A stretch of 64,000 nt of DNA from Squalus acanthias (taxonomy: Eukaryota). The stretch lies in NCBI GenBank assembly GCA_030390025.1, contig CM059432.1:6138001-6202000 (forward strand). Direction: 5' to 3'. Shown here one piece after another: positions 49,996 through 60,419 of this stretch. Made by a program: the position numbers and the translations under genes. Position 1 is the first letter of the stretch. Every line of letters begins with the position of its first letter. The notes under the pieces are model-generated. The model was not told where the DNA came from and ran no database searches. It saw only the letters and a program-made list of their open reading frames with translations.

Positions 49996-50889
49996 GCACA
50001 CCAACAGTCCCCACCTACTATCTGACCCTAGTCCTTCTATATGCCCTCAAATACAAGTGTTCCTCTTGCATAACTAAGAATACGAAGACCAAGAATATTA
50101 AAAAAACTTATTTTACATCTTGTACATGCTGGATTTAACAAATGGTGAACTGAAATCAATCACTTAGTAGCGAGCCTATGTGCTCGTTTACCTACTCTGG
50201 TGATCCAACAAGGTGGTTCCCCTATTGCTGGAGCCTGGGAGGTGAAAAGCTGTTAATCATCCACTGAGGGCATTTGAGATGGCCATGGAGGGCGACCTCG
50301 AACAACTCTGGCCCTTATTAGGGCTAAACTTATTAGGACTTCATTCTTTACTTAACTGGATAAAGGGACACTCTGATCAAGGATGCAGGCTACAGAAAAT
50401 CAGTTGTGGTCTCCATCAACCAGTGCAAACAGTTACTCAAATTTTCATTTTACCATAACCCAACTAATCACCATGAAGTATGGTGGCCTGGGACTGATCA
50501 AGGTATTGAGCACATTCCTCAAGAATGCAACAGCTGTTGAAAAGCACAATATGTGCCCAGACTTGCACCTCTTCATCCATTGAAAATGCCAAATACACTA
50601 CGGCAGCACATAGCTGTGGATTATACTAGCTAATTTCAGGGTTTCATACATCTCACTGTTGCAAATGCACAAAGTAGCCAGAAATCATTTGTACACAACC
50701 ACCTCATTACAAATGCCTCATGTTATTTGAATCTTTTTCACAATAAATAGCATTCCTGAACAAATTTCAACTGAAATGGCCCAAAGTTCATTTGCAGTAA
50801 GTTCTGCCCCTGCACAAAATGTAATGGCATCACCCTCTCATCTGCTGGCAGAGCAATGAAAGCCTCAGAAAAACCTCAGTTCAAACAAA

Positions 50890-51425
50890 AAGAATCATTA
50901 CATCATAGAAGGAGGCCATCCTGCCTGTGCCGGGTCTTTGAAAGAGCTATCCAATTAGTCTCACTCCCCTGCTCTTTTCCCATAGTCCTGCAATTTTTTC
51001 CTTTTCAAGTCTACATCCAATTCCATGTTAAAGTTACAAATGAAATGCTTCCACCACCCTTTCAGGCAATGCATTCCAGATCATCGCAACTAGCTGCGTA
51101 AAAAAAAAAATTCTCCTCATCTCACTCCTAGTTCTTTTGCCAATTATATTAAATCTGTGTCCCCTGGTTACCGACCCTCCTGCCAGTGGAAACAGTGTAC
51201 GCTATCGAAACCCCCTCATGATTTTGAACACCTCTATCAAATCTCCCCTTAACCTTCTCTGCTTAAACAGAACAATCCCAGCTTCTCTAGACTCTTCACA
51301 GACCTGAAATCCCTCATCCCAGTCTTGTAAATCTCCTGTGCACCCTTGACATCCTTCCTAAAAAGTGTGGTGCCCAGAATTAGACACAATACTCCAGCTG
51401 GGGCCGAGCTATTGCTTTATACTTT
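50890..51425 (-). mobile_element. Old CR1 3' fragment
   Basis: Reverse-complement CR1 ORF2 end and 3' UTR. Confidence 0.8.
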
Positions 51426-51949
51426 GGGCTAGGAAGGGGAAATAAATAACCTTGATGGCAGTCCCCTTGATGATCAACAGACTAAATTTTTCCAAAACTT
51501 AGATGCCCTTGTCCCCACTACAAATCATGCAAACTTCTACAATTGCACTTGGTAGTCCGATTTGCTGTTCAAGTCCCATAGGTTCATGTAAAAGTCCCAG
51601 TGGCAGTGCAAATGGCCATGGTTTCTGCTCCTATTCAGCATTCAGTAACTCCTGCTTCAGGCAGTCATCTGACTGAAGGGAGAGGCCAGTACCAGGCTTG
51701 GCTGTGATGCCGCCCCCCCCCCCCCCCCACAACCACATACAGAAAAAATGCCACTTTGATGTGGTACTACTGGAAGGTGACTGGGGCTCCAACATGGAAG
51801 ACAGGAGCAAATTGTTAAAAACTTAAAGGTAATCGAGAAAGAGATAATCTGAAAGATTCTTCCATTGAGCCATTTCAGACATATCTGCTGGATAAGGACA
51901 ATACATGACCGACAAAGTACATTGATTCAATTATGATTCAGCCTTTTCG

Positions 51950-52500
51950 ATCACAGTCCATGCCATCTCCAATCACTTCCTCGTATCCCTCATCACCCAT
52001 AACCTGCTTCCAACTCCATTTTCTTTTGCATACACACCTGGAAAAACTCTCCCTCAAGTCATTTACAACTGAACTTTCAAACTCCCAACTAACTAGCCTT
52101 TGGCGTCTGTTCACCTCGATAGTTCTGCAGGTGTTGATCAGCTTAACTACTCCCACACCTCCACCTTTGATGCCCTTGTCCCTAGTAAAACTCTTACTCT
52201 CTCCCAACCAAGTCATTCACCATGATATGGCCTTATCTTCAGCCCCTCGAGTCCAAGGGGCACAGGCTTGAGTGTATCTCATGCACAACTGGTTTATCCA
52301 TCCATCTCCAGATATGGCTGGACCTCATCAAGCATTGATCTCCTCTGCCAAGACCACTCACAATTCCAGGATCATTCTGGAAATCAAAGATAACCATCAT
52401 CTCCTTAAATCCCTCTCCACTGCCCCCTCCAACAAGTGTGAGGAGCTCATGGACTTCTTTGTCACTAAAATGAAGACCATCCATTCACCTACCTCTACCG
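51950..52500 (+). mobile_element. Old L2 fragment
   Basis: Matches the reverse complement of ~49170-49680 (ccacctttgatgccct, ggatcattctggaa, cctccaacaagtgtgaggag). Confidence 0.75.
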
Positions 52501-52853
52501 CATTGTGGCTCAGTGGCAAATTGTCTTTGATAGGTGGTTAAGGCGGCATACGGGATACTTTCCTTTAATAGCTGAGGCATAGAATATAAGAGCAGGGAGC
52601 TTATGCTTGAACTGCATAAAACACTAGATATGGCCACAGCTAGAGTACTGCGTACAGTTCTGGTCACCAGATTGCAGGAAAGAGGGTACAGAGGATATTG
52701 CCAGGACTGGAGAATTTGAGCCATAAGGAAAGATTGGATAGGCTGGGGTTGTCTTCTTTGAAACATGATGCGGAGATGCCGGCGTTGGACTGGGGTGGAC
52801 AAAAATGAGAAGTCGCACAACACCAGGTTATAGTCCAACAGATATATTTAAAA

Positions 52854-52895
52854 TTACAAGCTTTCGGAGCTATCGATCGCCCCTTCTTCAGGTAA
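52854..52895 (-). ncRNA. Minimal hammerhead ribozyme motif (left arm; sense to the STK3 pre-mRNA)
   Basis: Mirror image of 53778-53819. Confidence 0.8.
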
Positions 52896-53777
52896 AGTTA
52901 CTATGAGTGAATCTACAAAAGTTCACAGAATTTAAACACAGAAAAAGCAGAGATACAATCTTTCTTACATCAAAGACACACCAAGAGCACAGCCAAGACA
53001 ATGAGATGTGTCCCAGGGGGTCCAACGTGTCAAATCCTGCTGTCTGCGTATCCTCTCCATATCCCTTCCTCTCTCTTCGTCCTTTTTGGGTTTGTATTTT
53101 GTGTTTGTTTTTTTGTGTTTGTTTTTTAAAAACTGGAAAGACAGACAACGATGTCAAGTCACGTTCTGTAGCGTGACATGAACCCGATATCCCTATTGAG
53201 GCCGTCCTCATGAGTGCGGAACTTGGCTATCAGTTTCTGCTCGATGATTTTGCGTTGTCGTGTGTCTCGAAGGCCGCCTTGGAGAACGCTAACCCGTAGA
53301 TCCGAGGCTGAATGCCCTTGACTGCTGAAGTGTTCCCCACACTTCAGCAGTCAAGGGCATTCAGCCTCGGATCTGCGGGTTAGCGTTCTCCAAGGCGGCC
53401 TTCGAGACACACGACAACGCAAAATCATCGAGCAGAAACTGATAGCCAAGTTCCGCACTCATGAGGACGGCCTCAATAGGGATATCGGGTTCATGTCACG
53501 CTACAGAACGTGACTTGACATCGTTGTCTGTCTTTCCAGTTTTTAAAAAACAAACACAAAAAAACAAACACAAAATACAAACCCAAAAAGGACGGAGAGA
53601 GAGGAAGGGATATGGAGAGGATACGCAGACAGCAGGATTTGACACGTTGGACCCCCTGGGACACATCTCATTGTCTTGGCTGTGCTCTTGGTGTGTCTTT
53701 GATGTAAGGAAAGATTGTATCTCTGCTTTTTCTGTGTTTAAATTCTGTGAACTTTTGTAGATTCACTCATAGTAACT

Positions 53778-53819
53778 TTACCTGAAGAAGGGGCGATCGA
53801 TAGCTCCGAAAGCTTGTAA
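53778..53819 (+). ncRNA. Minimal hammerhead ribozyme motif (right arm)
   Basis: UUAC-CUGAAGA-A-GGGGC(GAUCGAUA)GCUCC-GAAA-GC-UU-GUAA; palindromic stem III AAGCUU. Confidence 0.8.
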
Positions 53820-54460
53820 TTTTAAATAAATCTGTTGGACTATAACCTGGTGTTGTGCGACTTCTCTTCTTTGAAACAGAGGAGGCTAAGGGAAGACTTA
53901 ATTGAAGTGTATAAAGTTTTGAGGGGCCTAGATAGAGTGGATAGGAAGGACCTATTTGTCTTAGCAGAGTGGTCAATAACTAGATTTAAAGTAATTGGTA
54001 GAGGATTAGAGGGGAGTTGAGGAGAACTTTGTTCACCCAGAGGGTGGTAGGGGTCTGGAATTCACTGCCTGAAAGAGTGGTAGAGGCAGAAACCCTCAAT
54101 GCATTTAAAAAGTACTTGGATATGCACTTGAAGTGCCATAACCTACAGGGCTACGGACCAAGAGCTGGAAAGTGGGATTAGGCTAGATAGCTGTTTTTCG
54201 GCCGGCACAGACACAATGGGCCGAATGGCATCCTTCTGTGCTGTAAATTTCTATGATTCTATAAAAGGATTCAATCGGGTAGATTCAGAGAAACTATTCC
54301 CTCTGGGAGGGGATTCCAGAACAAGGGGGCATAATCTTAAAATTGGAGCTATGTCATTCAAGCGTAAAAATCAGGAAGCACTTTTTCCCCCCAGAGAGTA
54401 TTGGAAATCTGGAACATTCTCCCCCAAAAGGCTGTGGATGCTAAGTCAATTGAAATTTTC

Positions 54461-55075
54461 AAGACTGAGATCGATAAGATTTTTTTTTAAGTATGGGTAT
54501 CAAGGGATATGGAGCATCTTAAAGGAGAGGCGGAGAGGTTTAGGGAGGGAATTCCAGAGCTTAGGGCCTTGGCAGCTAAAGGCACGGCCACCAATGGTTG
54601 AGCAATTATAATCAGGGTTGCTCAAGAGGGCAGAATTAGAGGAGCGCAGATATCTCAGAGAGTTGTGGAGCTGGAGGAGATTACAGAGATAGGGAGGGGC
54701 AAGGCCATGAAGGGATTTGAAAACAAGGATGAGAATTTTGAAATTGAGGCCTTGCTTAACCAGGAGCCAATGTAGGTCAGCGAGCACAGGGGTGATGGGT
54801 GAACGGGACTTGGTGCAAGTTAGGACACATTTATCCACCCTGTACCTTCATCTACCTATCCAAATCAAATGATGTTAACATAGACTCTGAGATATCTGCG
54901 CTCCTCTAATTCTGCCCTCTTGAGCAACCCTGATTATAATCGCTCAACCATTGGTGGCCGTGCCTTCAGCTGCCAAGGCCCTAACCTCTGGAATTCCCTC
55001 CCTAAACCTCTCCTTTAAGATGCTCCATATCCCTTGATACCCATACTTTTAAAAAATCTTATCGATCTCAGTCTT
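54461..55075. repeat. ~200-bp inverted duplication (54461-54660 vs 54885-55075) spanning a CR1/L2 junction
   Basis: aagactgagatcgataagatt...ggatatggagcatcttaaaggagagg...gatatctcagag recurs as its reverse complement. Confidence 0.9.
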
Positions 55076-55099
55076 AATTGACCTACCTCAACCATTAAC

Positions 55100-55730
55100 T
55101 CAAAGTGAATTCCACAGCCTCACAACTGTGTGTGAAGTAGTTTCTCCTGCCCTCTCTTCTGAATCTTTTACATTAATCTTGCATCATTCTTCACCCCTCA
55201 ACAACTAGAAATAGTCTGCTTCTATCTACCCTATCCCATCATTTCATATTGTACTGTAATCTGCATTGGTCTAACAAAAACAAATGTTTTCTTCCTTTAT
55301 ATTTCTTTTCCTCATACCAGACAGCATCCTACATATTTCTATGTATCTGTCTACCAGGGATGACATTTAACTCGCATCCAGAAATGCTAGCATCCTAGTG
55401 AATCTGCATGGTACACTCTCCAGTGTCTCAATTTCCTTCCTATATAATGTGAAGCCGAATACTGCACACGGTACTCCATCTGAGGTCTTAAGGTTTTGTA
55501 TAGGATCATCATTACCTCTTGGCTTTTATATTCTATACCTCTTATGATAAAACTTAGAATTCCAATAGCTTTTTTATTACCCCATCGACCTGAGGTGCTG
55601 ACTTTAATGCCCTGTGAACCTGTACCCCAAATCCCTCTGCTCTTCCACAACACCAAGCCTACTTCCATTCAAAGTATAATTACAGCTTTTTTTTTAAATA
55701 AACCAAAATGCATCACTCACACTTACTGAC
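55100..55730 (-). mobile_element. Old CR1 fragment
   Basis: KKAIGILSFIIRGIEYKSQEVM..LYKTLRP..EY.VQ. Confidence 0.8.
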
Positions 55731-56084
55731 TTCAAAGATGTACATAGTATAGCACCGCAAAGACTACTTTAAAGCTCTCCCAAGGTTTAAAACAGCCATT
55801 TACTCTTTCAGTTCTTGGATAACCGTGGATATCTTTTGCGAGTAATCAGTGGGAGTGCTGCTGCAGCTAGATGCACAGACCTTCACTACTTTTCCCCCCT
55901 TCCACTAACTCTACTCTTCATCTTAACCTTTGAGCACAAAGATTCTGATATGAGCTTCAAGCAGAGAATCGGTTAAAGATTTAAGCTGATCAGTTTCGAT
56001 AAAACAAGATGCTTTCACATTAGGCTAGAAAACACAGTATATATTTGTTTACCACAGTCTTTCTTCGGTTGAAATTTTTCCTTA

Positions 56085-56200
56085 TGTACTTCCCACATTA
56101 CAACAATGACTCCACTTCAAAAGTACTTCATTGGCTGTAAAGCGCTTTGAGACGTCCGGTGGTCGTGAAAGACGCTATATAAATGCGTCTTTCTTTCTTT
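56085..56200 (+). mobile_element. SINE/L2-type 3' tail fragment
   Basis: Near-identical to 13180-13290. Confidence 0.8.
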
Positions 56201-58211
56201 AAGTTGTGTATTGTACATTGATTTCAAGTGATTTCCCAACCACACTGAACCAGAAGGGGCCTAAAGCCTTCTACCCTGACCAAATGCATTTCTAGAAAAA
56301 AAAACTGTTGGCTGCAAATGTGAGGTTATCAAATACTGGGTTCAGAATGTTCTGTTCACATCTTTTTCCCCCCCCCCACCAATATCCTACCCTCCACTGC
56401 TGAAGGCATTTATTCCTTGCTGGGGCAAGATTTCACATCATCATGCATCCTCTTGTACCTTGGCCAAGTGAGCCTTGACAGCAAGTTATTCCATCGTGAG
56501 CAGGATCACATTCAAGGCCATTCTGTCCTCATTTGAGGTCCACAGTCCCATACCCATTCTCTCCCTCATCTACAGGTATAGAGGCCAATTGTAGCCCTCT
56601 ACTGCCAGCGATCAGCGAATACAGTACTGGGAATTGAACTAGAGTCTCAAGTACTCACTGGACCTACTTCCGAATGCAGTGAGTTGCTAAATTGTGAAAG
56701 GAAAAGTTCTTAGTAATTAAAATGCAATGTAATTTCCATGAAATGCACACAAAAAATAAAAACTTGCATGTTTAATCTAACAGTTTTAACATTGAGAATG
56801 CAGGGCAGCCTTGGATAGCATAACTCTAAAAATAAACAATTGCAACAGAGGAATTTTAGCTTCAACAGTGAGGTTCAGCTTAGAAAAGTCAGAGGTTACA
56901 GACTTCAAGGTCATTCTCTAGTATTGGTTATTTATAACATGCATGATTTTAATTTTAATTGGGGTTTTATTCAGATTGAGGTCCTTTTTTAAAAAAAAAC
57001 ATACTAGATCTTCCATGTACATGAAATTCACTTTAGAGAATTCGCAACTGTTGAAAAATTATCTTGAGTTGTACGGTGGCCAGAATATTATTTTCATAAA
57101 TATGTGTTGACATTCAGTTCCATAATTTTTCTGATATTTCCAAATTCACTAGAATTTATACATTTTTTCCTTTTCTGAGTGCTTTCAGTTTAACATATAC
57201 CATAATAATAATTTGGTTAGTCTGCAGTATGAGGCTGTAACATAATCAAGGAGTTTGGATGATATAATAATATATAACCACAAAGCTTCAGCAGTTTGTA
57301 AAGATCATAAGAACTCTTTTTCATCTTCATAACTCAACTAATAACACAGCAATTAAGTTATTTTGGACATAGAAGTGATGACATGACTAGGAAGTCAATG
57401 ACTACTGTTTACTATACCAGACCAGTTAAAATGAAAGTCAGATGACAACAGGGTTAGTCATATAGAGGAAAAGTAATAAAGGTACATAGCTACACTACAG
57501 AGTCAAATCAGACACTCACAAGCAATCGTAAGATACAGTAGTTATCTCATCAAGGAGTTCAGGCCTTGAAGGTTATAAAACACAAGACTACAATACTAGA
57601 ATGCCCCAAATATAAATATTCCTGCTTTATCATTTTATATACAGTACATGGAAGTCAATTTATTCCATTTTGATTCAGTTTCCCAACAACAAGGACAGGG
57701 GAGACGGCAAGCAGGATAGAATACTGGCAGCAAAGTTTTTGATGAGCTGAGGTGTATAGGAGGGTGGATGAGAGGCCAGCCAAGAAAGCATTGGAATAGT
57801 GAATTATGGAGATGATGAAGGGATGGATGAGGGTTTCAGAGTCAGATAGGTTGAGATAGGGGCAAATTCACAACTGAATCACATCATATTCAGGTGAAAG
57901 CAATTCCCTGCAAGTTTAATCAAGTAGTCATTAACAATGGATTACAACAACCTAGAAATTGCGGTCAGAGGCATACCTCTGGAGTACGCCTCCGACCCAC
58001 GAAACAATTCCAAAAGTACCTCCTGGCGCTCAGGCTGCGAAGATTTGCAGTCTCAGGCCTCAAGGCGGAGGGCAGCGTTATAGCCCATGGATCCCAGGGT
58101 CGCAGCCGGTCCTGAAGTGCACCTGGGATCATGTGGGCCCACTCCTCCAATGACAAAGGAGAATTCCATTGCAATCATTTACGAAGGGATTCCCCTAATG
58201 ATATGCAATGA

Positions 58212-58950
58212 AATTCTCAGATAATGAAGCAGTCTGTGCCCGCATACAAGAAGACCTGGACGACGTTCAAGCTTGGGCTGATAAGTGGCAGGTAACATTC
58301 GCGCCACAGAAGTGCCAGGCAATGACTATCTCCAACAAGCGAGAGGCTAACCACCGCCCTTTGACATTCAACGGCATTACCATCGCCGAATCCCTCACCA
58401 TCAACATCCTGGGGGTCACCATTGACCAGAAACTTAACTGGACCAACCACAAAAATACTGTGGAAACAAGAGCAGGTCAGAGGCTAGGTATCCTGCGGCG
58501 AGTGTCTCACCTCCTGACTCCCCAAAGCCTTTCCACGATCTACAAAGCACAAGTCAGGAGTGTGATGGGATACTCTCCACTTGCCTGGATGAGTGCAGCT
58601 CCAACAACACTCAATAAGCTACAAGATGCACTGCAGCAACTCGCCAAGGCTTCTTCGGCAGCACCTCACAAACCCGCGACCTCTTCCACCTAGAAGGATA
58701 AGGGTAGCAGCCGCATGGGAACACCACCACCTCCAAGTTCCCCTCCAAGTCACACACCATCGTGACTCAGAAGTATATCGCCGATCCTTCATCATCGCTG
58801 GGTCAAAATCCTGGAACTCCCTACCTAACAGTACCTTCACCACATTGACTGCAACGGTTCAAGAAGGTGGCTCACCACCACCTTCTCAAGGGCAATTAGG
58901 AATGGGCAATAAATGTTGGCATTGCCAGCGACACCCACATCCCATAAACT
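58212..58950 (+). mobile_element. 3' fragment of the 6913-10160 LINE family
   Basis: SDNEAV.ARIQEDL..VQAWADKWQVTFAP.KCQAM...KAQVRSVM.YSPLAWMSAAPTTL. Confidence 0.9.
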
Positions 58951-59089
58951 AATTTTTTTTTAAATCCCGAAATGTAAAAATTATACAATTAACAAAATTG
59001 CAATTTTATTCATAAGTTCCTTCATTGCACCAACCTCAATAAAAATTAAATTTTTTGTTAATAATTTTAAACATCATTAAGACTGTAAT

Positions 59090-59462
59090 CCGGGCCAATA
59101 TTTGCATAAACTCATTTAATAAAGTGTATGTGCATAATTTTGGATTTTTAAATGTTTTATTTAAGCCTTAGATATCCACTTACGCTGATGCAAGCAGGCC
59201 CTACATCTGCTTGCATCAACTGTAAGACTTACATGGGCAAATGCTGGCCAGTCGCTGGGCAAATAGCCCAACTCTGCACCAGCAATACTCAGTTTTCAGG
59301 CGGTTCGGATGATCTGTCAAGACGTACCTTGACAGATCGCAAGTTCCAGATTTCACGCATGTGCAAGTGCATGCGGAAATCCGGAATTTGCGGGACATTT
59401 CAAAGGAAATATGATGGCATACTCTAAAGTACGGCGTCGCACACAGAGCAATTTCAGGGCCA
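59090..59462. mobile_element. Possible Harbinger-type MITE remnant with internal palindrome
   Basis: Hairpin gcaagttccagattt..cgcatg...catgcg.aaatccggaatttgc at 59338-59391; terminus gcaatttcagggcc. Confidence 0.4.
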
Positions 59463-60419
59463 AAGATTTATACAATAGCTAATTGCCATGATTTATACCA
59501 TCAGTTCCTGGTCAGGCCAACAACCTATCCACATAAAAAGGGGTCTTTGTTACGGAAACAACAGAGCATTATCTGCTGAAAGAAAACAGTGGAAGAAATG
59601 AGTTGCCTCGTGTATCACTAGGAATGGAAGAAAAAGCAGAAGGTACTATTAGATGGTTTTTCATACTCTGATCCACTAGTGGATTTTTTTTAAACTATAC
59701 AATAAAGACAAGAATGATTTAATTTAATTTTATACAAAATAGCTCTGATCTCCAAATGAGCTTTTACATTATAGCAATACCATTGACACTCAACGTATGG
59801 CTCACCCAGCTAATGGCACTTCCCAGTATAAATCACCCAAGCTATTTTGGTCCAGCATTGATTTATGGACCCCCTGTTTGGACCTACAGAGTAGATGGTT
59901 CCATCAGACCCCAGGAGACTGGAAATATAAAAATGCGAGAGTGATGTAGAAAACATCAAGCCACAATGTAATAGCACTTTAAAGTACTCTCGTAACACCA
60001 GTTTCACAGGAATAGTTTTCGACTGTGTAAGTTGCATGATGCCATTTGGTTTCACACTATTGCTATTCATAGACACCATAACATTCTATTTGTCTTGGCC
60101 ATCTTTGCAATACCTCGTGACACCATGTTAAAGATTTGGGCAGCTCTTGCACCCACATTTTTTTACTGCACCATCTGGTTTAATATTCTGGTCTCCATAT
60201 TACAAAAAAAGTTAGAAGCACTGGAGAAGGTGCAAAAACAGATTTACAAGGACGATACCAAAACTGAGAGGTTATAACTATAAAGGAAAGACTAAAACAG
60301 ACTGGGGCTCTTTTCTCTAGAAAAGGAAGGCTAACAGGCGACATAATAGAGGTCATTAAAATTATGAAGGGATACAATAGGGTAGACATAGAGAAGATGT
60401 TTAAGAGAAGATGTTTAAG

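Larger units (their letters stand above)
52766..53866. mobile_element. Penelope-like element inserted as an inverted (head-to-head) pair with TSD
   Basis: Arms 52807-53333 and 53339-53866 with a 5-nt spacer. Each arm encodes HFSSQGHSASDLRVSVLQGGLRDTRQRKIIEQKLIAKFRTHEDGLNRDIGFMSRYRT* (GIY-YIG C-terminus). TCTTCTTTGAAACA is repeated at 52752-52765 and 53865-53878. Confidence 0.9.
52520..54262 (+). mobile_element. CR1 3' fragment split by the Penelope palindrome
   Basis: RLDRLGLSSL|KQRRLREDLIEVYK is rejoined when 52766-53866 is removed. Confidence 0.85.

Noticed and set aside
52807..53866. Palindrome as a pure assembly artefact, or ORFs 52888-53211 and 53461-53760 as a gene pair
   Set aside because: The arms differ at several positions, have asymmetric ends and are flanked by a TSD. 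The listed ORFs are off-frame readings of the Penelope 3' region. Read-level confirmation is still desirable.
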